A DNA stretch of 64,000 nucleotides from an uncultured Verrucomicrobiae bacterium (GCA_963756875.1 CAVWPA010000001.1:320001-384000); one strand, 5' to 3'. Positions 1 to 11,535 are shown, counted from the stretch's first letter. The notes: generated by a model not told the origin, from the letters alone. Numbers and translations are program-made.

Positions 1-749
1 TAAACACTTAGTCCGAGCCAGTCGACGTACTCCGGCCCCGGGTAATAAGCCGGCGCGAAGTTCCAGGTATTGTAGGGATAGGAATAGTTATTGGTGTGAA
101 ACATCCATTTGATGTTGGTGGCGTCACGGGCGCGAACGCGATCGACCACGTGCCTGTACGCGGCTTTGAAGCGTTCCGGGCCTTCCCATCTGTTAGGCTG
201 TCCGTCGACCGGCTTGTTGCCGCCGTAGTAAATGCCCGACCACGGAAACCAGTCGCCGTTCATCTCATTAGCGAATACAACAACCATCGGCTTGCCGAAT
301 GCCTTCGCCGCGTCAGCCCACCGGTCGATGTAGTTGTCCCAGTCGCCGGCGATGATTTTATCGAGACTAAACCGGTCGGGACCTTTGTGCTGTTCGTAGG
401 GCTTGTCCCATGGCGACCAGAAAACCAGCGGCATCGACCCGTGATCCCAAATCACGTTTAAGCTTCGCGTGGGAAAATCCTGTTCGCCCCAGTAGCTGGA
501 GGAGGCAATGATCGCCTGATGCTTGCCGACCATCGTCTCGAAGTCCTCGATGGTTTCAAGTGTCACGTCCTCTTCTTCTTCGCCGAAATCGATGAAGGCT
601 CCGGTGTATGCGCCGTGGCTCGGAATAACCACTTCCACGGGCGCGTTTGGATTCAGCGGCGCAGTCGCCGCGCGTTTGTGGCACCCCGCGAGCGCGAAAG
701 TCGATGCAATCGTTAGAAACGAAACTGCAGCAATTCCACGGGCGCGCAT
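1..749 (-). CDS. GH26-family (beta-mannanase-like) glycoside hydrolase lipoprotein, 3' end runs off the window
   Basis: Not in the ORF track; translated by hand from ATG at 749: MRARGIAAVSFLTIASTFALAGC (lipobox)...HGSMPLVFWSPW...FANEMNGDWFPW...YYPGPEYVDWLGLSV. EMNGxWFPW and YYPGxxYVDxxG are GH26 hallmarks. Confidence 0.85.
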   Translation of the reverse strand, partial: MRARGIAAVSFLTIASTFALAGCHKRAATAPLNPNAPVEVVIPSHGAYTGAFIDFGEEEEDVTLETIEDFETMVGKHQAIIASSSYWGEQDFPTRSLNVIWDHGSMPLVFWSPWDKPYEQHKGPDRFSLDKIIAGDWDNYIDRWADAAKAFGKPMVVVFANEMNGDWFPWSGIYYGGNKPVDGQPNRWEGPERFKAAYRHVVDRVRARDATNIKWMFHTNNYSYPYNTWNFAPAYYPGPEYVDWLGLSV

Positions 750-845
750 TCGGTCGGGAAAGTCTCTGCAAAGCCGGCAACTGTCTAGGAGACTGTTTCT
801 TTCATTTCTCGCCGCACGGATTTGTGATTCGCTCGAAATGTTGTT

Positions 846-3116
846 ATGCCCGAGACCTCAAGAACGCTGATCGCCATTGGCTTTTTCCAACTGTTTGCGA
901 CCGCCATGCTGATCGGATCGGGCGAACCAAAAGATCTGCAAAGTTCGTTTGTTGTGTCTGCAGTCGTAGCTGCCGAGCATCCGGTGAATCGCTGTTTGCC
1001 GGCAGAAACGCTCGGAGCTGGAGTGGACGGCCATGAGCGAGGCGAATGTGCGCAGATGCTTTCAAACAAAAGCATTGCCGAAATGCTTTCCGCCGGACTG
1101 GGGCCTTTGACATATCGGCTGCGCACGGAGCTGGCAGGCGAGGTATGGCACTGGAATCCTCATGGCAGCTGGAGCGACGGCGCTCACCACTGCGGATACT
1201 GGACATCGGATGACGTTGCCGCGAGTCCGATCGAGGTTTCATACGGTTATCGTTTGCCGCGGCGCGGGAACACGATCGATCAGGCAAACGACGATAACTA
1301 TTCGCGCATCGACGATGGCGACAAAAATTCCTTCTGGAAAAGCAACCCATACCTCGATTCTTCGTTTACGGGAGAATCGGAGCAGGCCCATCCGCAGTGG
1401 GTGGTGATCGATTTAGGTGCGGCCAAGCCGGTTGATTCGGTCCGAATTCATTGGGGCGCGCCGTACGCGCGGCAATATGAAATCGAATATTGGACGGGGA
1501 ACGACCCGATGCATTTGCACATCGATCGCCCGGATGAATGGCGCGCCTTTTCCCAAGGGACAATCAGCCACGGCGTGGGCGGAGACGAGTGCGTTCGACT
1601 CGGCGACCGGCCGATTTCAGTCCAGTTCGTACGGATCGTCATGAATGGCAGTTCGCGCACGGCGATTGGGACGTCGCAGGATGTTCGCGACCGGCTTGGT
1701 TTTGCCATTCGCGAGATCGATGTCGGTACCGTTGACGGTGAGGGCCATTTTCACGACGAAGTCCGTCACGCGTCGGACAGACACAAACAGTCGGTCGTCT
1801 ACGTTTCGTCAACGGATCCCTGGCATCGGGCAACAGACATGGACGAACGAATCGAACAGCCCGGCTTGGATTTTGTTTTGAAAAGCAAATTGACCAATCG
1901 GATGCCGGTCCTTGTGCCGGTCGGTGTTTTGTACGACACGCCCGATAACGCGGCTGCTGAGATTAAATATCTGCTACGGCGAGGATATGCTTTGGAAGGC
2001 GTCGAGCTCGGTGAGGAACCTGACGGGCAATGGGTTTCCCCGGAAGATTACGCGGCGCTGTATGCCGAGGTGGCCCACCGGCTCCGGCCGTTGGATGCGC
2101 GGTTGAAACTGGGAGGCCCGAGTCTCCAGAATTTCCAATCCCATCTGCTCACGTGGCGGGACGCTTCCGGCAACCGCTCGTGGATGAACCGGTTTCTGGC
2201 TTACATTCACGCCCAAGGCTGCCCATTCCAGTTTTTCTCATTCGAATATTATCCCTTTGACGATGTTTGTGCGGATGCGGCGGCGCAGTTGTTGCAAGTT
2301 CCAACGCGCCTTGCCGAGATGATGTCCGATTTGCACGAGGACGGTGTCCCTTCTCAGATACCGTGGTTCATGACGGAATACGGTTACTCGGTTTTTGCGG
2401 GACGTCCTGAAGTGGACATGGAAGGGGCTCTTTTCAATGCGGATGCAGTCGGCTCGTTTCTTACGCTCGGCGGCAGCAGAGCTTATTTGTACGGCTACGA
2501 ACCGAATTATCTATTGGACGAGTTGAAGTGTTCCTGGGGCAACCTCATGATGCTCCAGTTAAATGGAAAGAGCGACCGACCGAACCGCCTGGCGAGTTAC
2601 TATGGCGCGCAACTGGTCGCCGAAGAATGGATGCAACCGGCGCGTGAATTGCACGAAATATACCGGGTTGACGTTGAGGGAAGCGACGCCGCGCTTCCAC
2701 AGGCGGTCAGCGTTTATGCCCTGCGGCGGCCCGACAGTCACTGGGCGATCCTTGCGATCAACAAGGACCCTGTACGGTCGGCGCAACTGCATTTGAGATT
2801 CAAATTGTCTGGCGCGCAGCCATCGGTTTCGCTCGCGGGCAAAGTCGATGCCTTTCAATTTTGCCGCCGACAATACGTCTGGTGCGATGACGGAGAGAAT
2901 GGACATCCGATACGAAGCGAACCCCCAGCGCATTCACTGCGTCCGGCTTCGGCGTCTTACGAGTTACCGCCTTACTCCCTCACTGTTTTGCGCGGAAAAC
3001 TGCCGGGATCTTCGCCGCGTCACGCGCGCACCGGGACCGATGCAGTGCGCTCTAATTTACCCCAGCTTACCCACGCTCCTTTGACCCCGAGAAGGACAGC
3101 TTTCCAGATGCAGTAG
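846..3116 (+). CDS. Secreted clan GH-A-like glycoside hydrolase with an inserted discoidin (F5/8 type C) domain
   Basis: 756-aa ORF with N-terminal hydrophobic segment. Discoidin motif PQWVVIDLG...VRIHW...YARQYEIEY; putative acid/base GEEPD and nucleophile MTEYG. 3' end overlaps the convergent gene by 97 bp. Confidence 0.65.
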   Translation: MPETSRTLIAIGFFQLFATAMLIGSGEPKDLQSSFVVSAVVAAEHPVNRCLPAETLGAGVDGHERGECAQMLSNKSIAEMLSAGLGPLTYRLRTELAGEVWHWNPHGSWSDGAHHCGYWTSDDVAASPIEVSYGYRLPRRGNTIDQANDDNYSRIDDGDKNSFWKSNPYLDSSFTGESEQAHPQWVVIDLGAAKPVDSVRIHWGAPYARQYEIEYWTGNDPMHLHIDRPDEWRAFSQGTISHGVGGDECVRLGDRPISVQFVRIVMNGSSRTAIGTSQDVRDRLGFAIREIDVGTVDGEGHFHDEVRHASDRHKQSVVYVSSTDPWHRATDMDERIEQPGLDFVLKSKLTNRMPVLVPVGVLYDTPDNAAAEIKYLLRRGYALEGVELGEEPDGQWVSPEDYAALYAEVAHRLRPLDARLKLGGPSLQNFQSHLLTWRDASGNRSWMNRFLAYIHAQGCPFQFFSFEYYPFDDVCADAAAQLLQVPTRLAEMMSDLHEDGVPSQIPWFMTEYGYSVFAGRPEVDMEGALFNADAVGSFLTLGGSRAYLYGYEPNYLLDELKCSWGNLMMLQLNGKSDRPNRLASYYGAQLVAEEWMQPARELHEIYRVDVEGSDAALPQAVSVYALRRPDSHWAILAINKDPVRSAQLHLRFKLSGAQPSVSLAGKVDAFQFCRRQYVWCDDGENGHPIRSEPPAHSLRPASASYELPPYSLTVLRGKLPGSSPRHARTGTDAVRSNLPQLTHAPLTPRRTAFQMQ

Positions 3117-6100
3117 CTGAGCATCGGGCGGTAAATCAGGCGCATCGGCAAAATTCGCCATGCGCGGCTGATCGGTTCGCGTTCAAGAATGCAGGCAAGC
3201 GTGGCGAGAAACACGTCCATCGCCAAAAACGTGATGACGAATGGGAGCACGGCGCGCCAAATGCCGAACGGAAGCGACGCGAGGAGAAACAAATCCACCA
3301 TTGGTGTCACGGCGACGAGAATGATTTGGAAAAACCAGACGCTGGGCAAACTGAACCAGCCCAGCGCGCGATAATTCCAGTTGAAGACCATGTCGCGATG
3401 TTTCCAAAGACATTGCAGAGTGCCGTAGGCCCAGCGGAATCGTTGGCGCGCCAGCGTGCGCACGGTTTCCGGAGCCTCTGTCCACGCAACTGCTTCCGGC
3501 ACGTAAACGATCCGTTGTCGATCCTTATGCAACGCCAGGGTCAAGTCGGTATCTTCGGCAAGCGTTTCCAAGCTCAGCCCGCCGGTCTGATCGATTGCGC
3601 TTTTGCGGATCGCACTGATCGCCCCGGGCACCACAGTGATGCAATTCCATCGTGTGTACGCGCGCCGGTCGAGATTGAAGCCGCAGGTGTATTCGAGCGC
3701 CTGACAGCGAGCGATGAAACTCCTCAGATTACCAACTTTGGCGTGACCCGAGACCGCGCCGACGGTGGGGTCAGCGAGCGGTTCGAGCAACCGCGAAATC
3801 GTATCCCGCTGAAAATGCGTGTCGGCATCGATAAAAACGACAACACCGTGGCGCACGGCCGCGAGCGCGCGCTGCAGGGCGCGCGCTTTTCCGCGGTTCT
3901 CCTGTTGCAGGAAACGAACGCGCGAGTCCGCGTCCGCGACGCGCTGAACTTCTTCGGCAGTGTTGTCGGCAGAGCCGTCATCGACAACGATCACTTCGAG
4001 TTCGCCTCTGTAGTCCGTGTCGAGCAGTGACCGCAGAGTGCCGGCAATCACTTTTCCTTCGTTATAAGCGGCCATCACCACGCTCGCGGGTTCGGCGAAA
4101 TCGGCTCTCGGCGAACGACGGAAACGATACGCCAGCCAGACAACAACCAGCGTCCGCACCACCACCAGGGCCGTCGCCACGATCATGAACGCCCACAAAA
4201 ATTCCTCCAGCGCATGCAAAATTCGAAACCCGGTGCCGCTGACAAAGCGATTGAGAGAACGGGCATTGCCTTGGAGTGGCGGCATGACTTCGTCGCGCGT
4301 CAGCCCAAGCAGAGTGCTCAACGGCACAATCGTGTCCCCACGCGTGTGCAGCCAATCAAGAATCTTTGGCAGGGCGGCGACAGTTTGCGACCGGTCGCCT
4401 CCAGCGTCGTGCAGCAAAATAATGTTCCCGTCCCGACGTTGCTGCTTTATCCGCCGGAGGATGATGTCGGCGCCGGGCTTGGCCCAGTCCTGCGGATCGA
4501 TGTTCTCGAGGACGCAGAGGTAATTGAGGTCCTGCGCAATTTTCAGCGGCACGAGCTCGCTCATTTGCGATGGGCTTGTATCCGCTCCATACGGCGGACG
4601 AAATAGGGTGGTGGAGCGACCGGTAATTGTTTGGATCAAAAGCTGCGTCGCGTTCAATTCCAGTCGCACATGCTCCGGCCAGCACAGCGCCAGGTTCGGA
4701 TGATAGTAAGTATGGTTCCCGATCTCGTGGCCTTCGTCGACGATGCGCTTGACCAGGCCGGGATAGCGCTCGGCATTCACGCCCACGAGAAAAAAAGTGG
4801 CCTTCACATGAGCCGCCTTCAAAATATCGAGAACCTGCGGCGTCCATTGCAAGCTCGGACCGTCGTCGAATGTGATCGCGACCTCATGCTCGCTCCCTGC
4901 GCCCTGATGATACAGGGTGGGAAACTCAGGGAACTTCGTGTAATTGGCGGTCAGATATCCGGCGGTATCGACAGCCAGATGGCGCATCCCGTCCGACCGG
5001 CTTTCATCGACGGTAACAATTTCTCCATCCCCGACATCCGTAATGGTCTCGGTGCCTTGAAGGACCTCGAGTGCTTTTCGTGTGCTGGCGTTAATCTTGA
5101 AATCGTGCGGCACGTTCAGCGCGTCCCAGATCGCCGTGTCTTCGGTGCCGAGCCGGTAGATCGCAAATCCGCCGGCCTTTTCGTCGCGAACTTCGCGCAG
5201 TTGATTCAGAAAGGTGATGACGTCGAGAAACGAGACTGTGTGCACCTTGTCACCGTCCTGGTAATCAAACGTCGGATTGTAATCGGGCGCCGCGACTGAC
5301 ACCGAACCGACCTCGGCGCTGCTGGCCCGGCTCATCGCTTCCGGAAAACTGATCAACTCGGCTTTTTTTGCTCCCTCCGTCCAGTCATAACCGTACTCGC
5401 CCAGAGCGATGATCCATTGTTTGGGGTCGGTGTCCTCCAGCAGAACGTGCATCCAGCCTTCGAACCAGGAACGCGATCCGAGCGGTCCAGGAGAGTCGTT
5501 ATCGGAGGTCTCGTCGAAAAGCATCGCCACGAAGCGGTCGACATTGTCGGACAAATCGTCGAAGTCGATGTAGTTCAACTCCTCTCCCGGTTCGACACAG
5601 AGCCACAATTGTTTCCCGTCGGCGTGCAGCGCGTCTGCAAATTTATCGATGAACGCGGTGATATCTTTTTTGTAGCTCGGATCGATCTGTTCCCAATCGA
5701 CCACTACGCCGGCTGCCTTCGCGTCGCGCAGGACCGAAAGCACTTTGTTGATGAAACGTTCCTGGCGGTCCGCCGGACCATGCGCAAGATTTTCGACCGC
5801 CTCCGGTTGCCAGGTGTCGCCGACAAGATTCGTGAGGAGGGGCATCAGTGCGATCCCCTTGCTGGCGGCAAATTTCGGAAGACGATTATCGGCGTCGATT
5901 TGCAAATCGCCCAGGCCATTGACCACTGCCATCCATTCGGGACAAACGTGCGTGATCTGTGCCGCGTGTTGCTCGAGCGACGAATAACTGTACGGATCGC
6001 CGTTTGTGTAAAACGCCAGCCGCACCTCGTTGTTCGGCATTTTTCGACGAGGTTTCGCGGGCGTAGCTGTCGCTTGTCCGGTAAGTTTCCTGGCAGCCTG

Positions 6101-6382
6101 GCGCGCGGCTGCAAATTTTCGCCACAGCAACGAAGCCGGTGAAACCGCTGCCTGCCCGGCCGGGTTCGCCTTTTGCAGAGATTTCAGCTGCCCTTTCAAC
6201 TGGCGCAACGAAAACGGCACGCGCAATTTCGGCGCCACAAAGAGCGTTTGCACGAAGAGCACCGTCCCCAGGAAGGCGAGCACGCTCAGAATGAGCAAGG
6301 CCAGCCGCAGCCGGGGCCAGCGTTTGCCGGCCGGGTCGGAAAAGACGAAGGGCGTCAGCCCGTCTGGAGGAACCTCAGGCAT
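3020..6382 (-). CDS. Trifunctional GH18-like / polysaccharide deacetylase (CE4) / processive GT2 glycosyltransferase
   Basis: GH18-like GVVVDWE; NodB motifs TFDDGP, HTYYH, RPPY, LLHD; GT2 motifs DDGS, DAD, ED and QRFRW (QxxRW); C-terminal TM helices. Confidence 0.9.
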   Translation of the reverse strand: MPEVPPDGLTPFVFSDPAGKRWPRLRLALLILSVLAFLGTVLFVQTLFVAPKLRVPFSLRQLKGQLKSLQKANPAGQAAVSPASLLWRKFAAARQAARKLTGQATATPAKPRRKMPNNEVRLAFYTNGDPYSYSSLEQHAAQITHVCPEWMAVVNGLGDLQIDADNRLPKFAASKGIALMPLLTNLVGDTWQPEAVENLAHGPADRQERFINKVLSVLRDAKAAGVVVDWEQIDPSYKKDITAFIDKFADALHADGKQLWLCVEPGEELNYIDFDDLSDNVDRFVAMLFDETSDNDSPGPLGSRSWFEGWMHVLLEDTDPKQWIIALGEYGYDWTEGAKKAELISFPEAMSRASSAEVGSVSVAAPDYNPTFDYQDGDKVHTVSFLDVITFLNQLREVRDEKAGGFAIYRLGTEDTAIWDALNVPHDFKINASTRKALEVLQGTETITDVGDGEIVTVDESRSDGMRHLAVDTAGYLTANYTKFPEFPTLYHQGAGSEHEVAITFDDGPSLQWTPQVLDILKAAHVKATFFLVGVNAERYPGLVKRIVDEGHEIGNHTYYHPNLALCWPEHVRLELNATQLLIQTITGRSTTLFRPPYGADTSPSQMSELVPLKIAQDLNYLCVLENIDPQDWAKPGADIILRRIKQQRRDGNIILLHDAGGDRSQTVAALPKILDWLHTRGDTIVPLSTLLGLTRDEVMPPLQGNARSLNRFVSGTGFRILHALEEFLWAFMIVATALVVVRTLVVVWLAYRFRRSPRADFAEPASVVMAAYNEGKVIAGTLRSLLDTDYRGELEVIVVDDGSADNTAEEVQRVADADSRVRFLQQENRGKARALQRALAAVRHGVVVFIDADTHFQRDTISRLLEPLADPTVGAVSGHAKVGNLRSFIARCQALEYTCGFNLDRRAYTRWNCITVVPGAISAIRKSAIDQTGGLSLETLAEDTDLTLALHKDRQRIVYVPEAVAWTEAPETVRTLARQRFRWAYGTLQCLWKHRDMVFNWNYRALGWFSLPSVWFFQIILVAVTPMVDLFLLASLPFGIWRAVLPFVITFLAMDVFLATLACILEREPISRAWRILPMRLIYRPMLSYCIWKAVLLGVKGAWVSWGKLERTASVPVRA

Positions 6383-6447
6383 GGAAGCCGCCTACCATCG
6401 TTCAAGCGCGGCAAGAAGAAAATCCCATTCTTTCGGCCTTTGTTCTC

Positions 6448-6483
6448 CTCTTAATCCTGCTCGTGCTCATGATCTTGATCGTC
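6448..6483. repeat. Hexamer tandem array (C/A)TCNTG
   Basis: ctctta atcctg ctcgtg ctcatg atcttg atcgtc; a related array lies at 19459-19494. Confidence 0.6.
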
Positions 6484-6561
6484 GTTCCAGTACAATGTCC
6501 GAGCATTGGACGTGGAATGCTGGGACTTAATCAAATAGGACGAGATTTATCCGGATCGATG

Positions 6562-6589
6562 GATGCGACGGTCGTAGACCGCCGCTACA
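6562..6589 (-). repeat. GTAG-type REP (single) overlapping the glycerate kinase stop codon
   Basis: Minus strand TGTAGCGGCGGTCTACGACCGTCGCATC; differs at one position from the left arm at 29697. Confidence 0.75.
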
Positions 6590-7865
6590 GAAGAGTACGC
6601 GCGAGGTCGCCCGCCTTCTTTCGCACCAATTCCGCTGCGTGCTTTATCTGCTCCTGCTTGCTCATTCCCGAATCTGAGAGCGCATACACGCCATCGAAAA
6701 GGCCGCGAACTTCCCGGTCCTCGGTGGCACGGCCCACGATTGCCATGACGCGCTTATCAAGTTTCCGAGCAAGCTGCGCCACGCCCGCCGGCGTTTTTCC
6801 CTCCAAAGTCTGTCGATCCAGGCTTCCTTCGCCCGTGATGACCACGTCGGCGCTTTTCACTTTCGATTCGAAGTCGATCGATTTAGCGATCACGTTAAAA
6901 CCGGGACGAATTTTGGCGCCGCAAAAACTCATCAGCCCGAATCCGAGCCCGCCGGCGGCTCCGGCGCCTGGCTCGTTGCGATAATCGATCCCAAATTCCT
7001 TTGTGACGACGTCCGCCAGTTTCGTGAGCGCGGCTTCCAATACATCGATCGTGGCATTCGTTACGCCTTTTTGCGGACCGTACACTCGCGTTGCGCCATT
7101 CTCTCCGAGCAACGGATTACGTACATCAACCGCGGCGACGATTTTCGGCAGTGATGGATGGATTACGCCTAACGGGTTGCCCTCACCTTCATCTTCTCCC
7201 GGGCCCACTCCTTTTGCCCTCACTGGTTCGGCGGTTGCCGAATCCGTCTCTCCCGTTGGGAGAGAGGGGAGAGGAGGGGCAGCCTTTCGTCCCGCAGACG
7301 TGGGACTACGGCCCGGCAAGCGCGAAGCGCCGGGTGAGGGTCTCACGATGTGGGTAAGCGTCTGCAATTCGCTTATTTCTCCGCTCAACTCGTTGTCTCC
7401 GGCGAAAAATTGAAAACCCAACGCACGCGCCATTCCAAATCCGCCATCATTTGTGGCGCTGCCGCCAAGGCCGATGATGATTTCGAGAGCGCCGCGATGA
7501 GCGGCTCCCAAAATCATTTCTCCCACCCCGAACGTGTTCGCGCGAATCGGATCGCGTTCGCTTTCAGTAAGCCTTCGCATACCGGCGGCCTCGCTCATCT
7601 CGATGATCGCCAGCTTTTTATTGTCGATGTACGCGTAGCGCGCTTCGATCTCGCGGCTGAGCGGATCGTGCGCTTTGCATTTCAACCAGGAGCCACCGAG
7701 CGCCTCACAAATCACTTCCGCTGTTCCTTCGCCGCCATCCGCCATCGGTGCCATGTCGATCCTTGCGTCCGGTAAAACTTCGCGCAGCCCGGCTGCAATA
7801 TTTTCCGCAACTTCACGCGCGCTGAGCGAGCCTTTGAATTTATCCGGGGCGATTAATATTTTCAT
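6585..7865 (-). CDS. glxK: Glycerate kinase with an in-frame repeat-derived insertion
   Basis: MKILIAPDKFKGSL, ADGGEGT, GLGGSATNDGG, YGPQKG, GAGAAGGLG, TGEG...QTLEGK. About 55 extra Pro/Gly/Ser-rich residues are encoded at 7180-7340. Confidence 0.93.
   Translation of the reverse strand: MKILIAPDKFKGSLSAREVAENIAAGLREVLPDARIDMAPMADGGEGTAEVICEALGGSWLKCKAHDPLSREIEARYAYIDNKKLAIIEMSEAAGMRRLTESERDPIRANTFGVGEMILGAAHRGALEIIIGLGGSATNDGGFGMARALGFQFFAGDNELSGEISELQTLTHIVRPSPGASRLPGRSPTSAGRKAAPPLPSLPTGETDSATAEPVRAKGVGPGEDEGEGNPLGVIHPSLPKIVAAVDVRNPLLGENGATRVYGPQKGVTNATIDVLEAALTKLADVVTKEFGIDYRNEPGAGAAGGLGFGLMSFCGAKIRPGFNVIAKSIDFESKVKSADVVITGEGSLDRQTLEGKTPAGVAQLARKLDKRVMAIVGRATEDREVRGLFDGVYALSDSGMSKQEQIKHAAELVRKKAGDLARTLL
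7180..7340. repeat. Nested palindromic element inside glxK
   Basis: Termini CCCTCACC / GGTGAGGG; internal hairpins TTCGGC-GGTT-GCCGAA, TCTCTCCC-GTT-GGGAGAGA and TCCCGC-AGAC-GTGGGA-CTACGG. Confidence 0.75.
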
Positions 7866-7922
7866 TAGGCAGGGACGCACCTCCGGGGCGTCCGTCGAAT
7901 TCTAGACGCAAATTAGTCTGAC

Positions 7923-7960
7923 TTCGGCGTTGGGCGTTGGATGTTGAGCGTTCGGCGTTT
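7923..7960. repeat. Heptamer array (GCGTTGA/TCAACGC family)
   Basis: ttcggcg ttgggcg ttggatg ttgagcg ttcggcg; the complementary form occurs at 14882-14918 and about 44981-45008. Confidence 0.7.
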
Positions 7961-7963
7961 TCT

Positions 7964-9418
7964 TCAGCCTTTCAACTTTCGCTCCAGAATCTCCCCCACC
8001 AACTGCGGATTGGCTTTGCCTTTCGACAGCTTCATCACCTGGCCCTTTAGAAAATTCAGCGAGGCCGCATTGCCCGCCTTGAAATCGGCCGCTGGTTTCG
8101 GGTTCGCTGCAATCACATCGTCACACAGTTTTTCAATCGCGCCCGTGTCGCTCAATTGCTCGATCCCTTTCTCCTTCACGATGGCGGCCGCGCGTTTGCC
8201 GCTGGCGAACATTTCGGCAAAAACGTCTTTTGCCTGTTTGCCGCTGATTTTTCCGCTCTCGATCAAGTTGACCAGCTCATCGAGCGCTTCCGGAGGGACC
8301 GGACAATCGTCGATTGTTTTGCCGGCCGTGCTGAGTGCGTTTTGCAAATCGTTCAGAATCCAGTTGGCGACATTTTTCGGTTTCCTTGCCTTTTTCGCGG
8401 CGGACTCAAAATAGCGCGCCAGATCGAGATCATCCGCCAGCACGCCGGCGTCGTAGGCGCTCACTTGATATTGCTCCACAAAACGAGCGCGCTTGGCTTT
8501 TGGCAATTCCGGGACGCGCGCCCGCGCATCCGCCAGCAGCACTTCGCTTTTCACCGGCACAAGATCCGGATCGGGAAAATAGCGATAATCGTGCGCGGAT
8601 TCTTTCGTGCGCATGAGAAACGTCTCGCCGGCAGCGTCGTCCCAGCCGCGCGTTTCCTGTTCGAGTTTCTCGCCGCGCTCAATCGCCGCTCCCTGCCGCT
8701 GGATCTCATAAGCGAGCGCGCGCCGCACGCCGCTGATCGAGTTCATGTTTTTGATCTCAATTTTCGCGCCAAGCTCCGCCTGCTTTTCCGGACGCACCGA
8801 TACATTGCAATCGCACCGGAGCTGGCCTTTCTCCATATCGGCGTCGCTCACTGCGCCGTAGATCAAAATCTGTTTTAGCGACGTGAGAAACGCGAACGCT
8901 TCTTCCGGTGAATTGATTTCCGGCTGTGTCACGATCTCCATCAACGGCGTGCCGGCCCGGTTAAAATCGATCCCCGTGCTCGATTCGAAGTGGAAACTTT
9001 TCGCCACGTCTTCCTCGAGATGGATGCGCACAAGCGGCACTTCCTTTCCCGGTGTGGCGATGTTTTTCTGCGCGTCCTTTGGATAAGCCAGATCATGCAA
9101 CGGGACAGTGCCATTGGTGCAAAACGGCATGTCGTACTGAGAAATCTGATAATTTTTCGGCATGTCCGGATAAAAATAATTCTTCCGATCGAACTTGCAG
9201 ATCGGCGCGATATCGCAACCGAGCATGAGCCCGGTTAGCACAGTCATGCGCAGGGCTTCATGATTCATGACCGGCAGCGCGCCCGGCAGGCCGAGACAGG
9301 TCGGACAAGTATGAGTGTTCGGGGCGGCTCCGAATTCCACCGGGCACATGCAGAACATCTTGGAGCGGGTCTTCAGTTGCACGTGCACTTCCAACCCGAT
9401 GGTCGCGATGTAATTCAT
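7964..9418 (-). CDS. gatB: Asp/Glu-tRNA amidotransferase subunit B
   Basis: IGLEVHVQL, FDRKNYFYPDMPKNYQISQ, RIHLEED, DFNRAGTPLMEIV, DYRYFPDPDL. Confidence 0.97.
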   Translation of the reverse strand: MNYIATIGLEVHVQLKTRSKMFCMCPVEFGAAPNTHTCPTCLGLPGALPVMNHEALRMTVLTGLMLGCDIAPICKFDRKNYFYPDMPKNYQISQYDMPFCTNGTVPLHDLAYPKDAQKNIATPGKEVPLVRIHLEEDVAKSFHFESSTGIDFNRAGTPLMEIVTQPEINSPEEAFAFLTSLKQILIYGAVSDADMEKGQLRCDCNVSVRPEKQAELGAKIEIKNMNSISGVRRALAYEIQRQGAAIERGEKLEQETRGWDDAAGETFLMRTKESAHDYRYFPDPDLVPVKSEVLLADARARVPELPKAKRARFVEQYQVSAYDAGVLADDLDLARYFESAAKKARKPKNVANWILNDLQNALSTAGKTIDDCPVPPEALDELVNLIESGKISGKQAKDVFAEMFASGKRAAAIVKEKGIEQLSDTGAIEKLCDDVIAANPKPAADFKAGNAASLNFLKGQVMKLSKGKANPQLVGEILERKLKG

Positions 9419-10389
9419 TGCGATGGATTTTGCTGCGCCGCGTAGTCCAGCGCCCGCTCCAGATCGAATTGTTTAAGTCGTCTGGCCAGCTCCGGATCGT
9501 TGGCCGCCGCGATGATCTTGTCGTTGTGTAAAAGTTCGACCAATTGACCCTGTCTGATCATTCGTTGAATCTCCGGGTCGTCGCGCAAGGCCACGATTTT
9601 TGGGTCCTGGCTTAGCTCTCGCGCTCCCGGAAAAGAAAGGAAGCGCTCCGCGTTTTGAGGACTGGAAACCACCTGGCCGAGCTTGCCAAGCATTTCATAT
9701 TTTTTTCCCGGGACAGGGTCCGCCTGTTTCACAATCTGGCCGATCGTCCCCATCTCCAGCGAATTCTTCAGGCGCGCCAACGACGTCATGAGCGAGGTTG
9801 AATCGTCATCCCTCCATTCACCGAGAGAATGACGGCGGACGTCGACGGCGTGAATCACTTCCGCTTCCTCACCGGCTGGAGATGCGGACTGCTTCCTGAC
9901 CTGAGCGTTCGCCACGGCGCCGAGCGATCGCACGCCGACCACAACCACCCAGACGAGAAATGTACCGAAGAAAAGTCCAAGCGCCGCGCCGCCGACACCG
10001 TAAAGCAAGCGCATCAGTGCCGAGTCTTGCTGCCAGGTGCGTTTAAACAGAATGCTGCCGATGGCATTGATCACGACATAGAACACAAGCGCCAGGGCCG
10101 CGCCGGCCAGAATGACGAGGACAATGTCTGGTAGTTTGAAGAATGGCCGCCACAGCGGCGCGATGAATTTGCCGCCGAACAGGCCGGCGAAATAGGCGGC
10201 GAACAGCGCGCCGAGCCGGGTGAATTGACGCGCCACTCCGCGCCTCCAGCCGCGCAGCACCTCAAACAAGATCAACGCGATCGCAAACGAGAGGAAAACG
10301 AGTTGCCATAAAGGCGAGCCGGCGGCCGCATGGAGTTCTGGTGAAGGGCTTGCCAGAGGAGGAACAGAAATCTGCACGTGGGAATTCAC
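9415..10389 (-). CDS. CvpA (colicin V production)-family membrane protein with a C-terminal soluble domain
   Basis: LRGWRRGVARQ followed by four TM helices, and R-x-x-G-x-x-x-G motif typical of CvpA. Start set at GTG 10389 because the longer ORF overlaps aroC. Confidence 0.7.
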   Translation of the reverse strand: MNSHVQISVPPLASPSPELHAAAGSPLWQLVFLSFAIALILFEVLRGWRRGVARQFTRLGALFAAYFAGLFGGKFIAPLWRPFFKLPDIVLVILAGAALALVFYVVINAIGSILFKRTWQQDSALMRLLYGVGGAALGLFFGTFLVWVVVVGVRSLGAVANAQVRKQSASPAGEEAEVIHAVDVRRHSLGEWRDDDSTSLMTSLARLKNSLEMGTIGQIVKQADPVPGKKYEMLGKLGQVVSSPQNAERFLSFPGARELSQDPKIVALRDDPEIQRMIRQGQLVELLHNDKIIAAANDPELARRLKQFDLERALDYAAQQNPSQ

Positions 10390-10399
10390 CTTATGTCGT

Positions 10400-11485
10400 T
10401 TACGAAAACGAGATCGCGCGCTGGCGCAACGCGTGATCGCACAGAACCAGCGCCGCCATTGCTTCCACCATGGGAACCGCCCGGGGAAGTACGCAAGGGT
10501 CATGGCGCCCGCGCGCGGCCAGCGTGGTCGCTTTTTTCGAAGCCAGCACCGTTTTTTGTTCACGGGAGATGGTCGCCGTCGGTTTGAATGCAATACGGAA
10601 ATAAATTTCTTCGCCGTTCGAGATTCCGCCCTGAATTCCACCGGAATAATTTGTGGTTGTCCGGACCCGGCCGCCGCGGACTTCGAATGGATCGTTATGC
10701 GTGGAGCCTTTCATGCGCGTCGCAGAGAAACCGGATCCGATTTCAAAGCCCTTGGTCGCGGGCAAGCTCAACATCGCCTTTGCCAGATCGGCCTCGAGTT
10801 TATCAAAGACCGGCTCACCAAGGCCGGCGGGTGCGTTGCGCACGACGCATTCGATCACTCCGCCTAACGAATCACCCGCCGCGCGCGTTTTCTCGATCAG
10901 CGATATCATTTTCTTCGCTGCGGCGTTGTCCGGGCAACGCACAATATTTGCGTCGACATTCTTCCGGGTCACTTTCGACCGGTCGACCTTCGTCGCGATC
11001 TCGTGGATTTCCGCGACGTACGCGACGATCTCGGTCCCCGGATGAAGTTTCTCCAAAACTTTTCGCGCAACTGCGGCGGCAGCGACGCGGCCGATCGTTT
11101 CGCGCGCCGATGCACGACCGCCTCCCTGCCAGTTTCGAATTCCGTATTTGGCCTGGTAGGTGAAATCGGCGTGTGACGGCCGAAACTTTTTCGCGACCTC
11201 GGCATAATCCTCCGGCCGGGCGTCCTTGTTGCGAACTAAGATCGAAATAGGCGTTCCCAGCGCTTTGCCATCGAAAACGCCCGAAAGAATTTCGCAGCGA
11301 TCTTCTTCTTTGCGCTGCGTGGTGATTTTGCTCTGGCCGGGGCGACGCCGATCCAGCTCGCGTTGGATTTCCGCTTCGCTGATGTCGACCATCGGCGGAC
11401 AGCCATCGATTACTACGCCGACGCCGCCCCCGTGGGACTCGCCGAACGTGGTAATGCGAAAAAGCTGGCCAAAGGTGTTGCCCAT
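10400..11485 (-). CDS. aroC: Chorismate synthase
   Basis: [40 protein letters not shown]. Confidence 0.97.
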   Translation of the reverse strand: MGNTFGQLFRITTFGESHGGGVGVVIDGCPPMVDISEAEIQRELDRRRPGQSKITTQRKEEDRCEILSGVFDGKALGTPISILVRNKDARPEDYAEVAKKFRPSHADFTYQAKYGIRNWQGGGRASARETIGRVAAAAVARKVLEKLHPGTEIVAYVAEIHEIATKVDRSKVTRKNVDANIVRCPDNAAAKKMISLIEKTRAAGDSLGGVIECVVRNAPAGLGEPVFDKLEADLAKAMLSLPATKGFEIGSGFSATRMKGSTHNDPFEVRGGRVRTTTNYSGGIQGGISNGEEIYFRIAFKPTATISREQKTVLASKKATTLAARGRHDPCVLPRAVPMVEAMAALVLCDHALRQRAISFS

Positions 11486-11535
11486 GGTGGCGCAAAGTTA
11501 AATCGCCGACGCGTATTCACAATGCCGGATTCCAA

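Noticed and set aside
9415..10641. N-terminal extensions of the CvpA-like ORF (also truB to 40127, ribF to 39124, trpG to 33939)
   Set aside because: The extensions overlap neighbouring genes or translate repeat elements; family motifs start at downstream codons.
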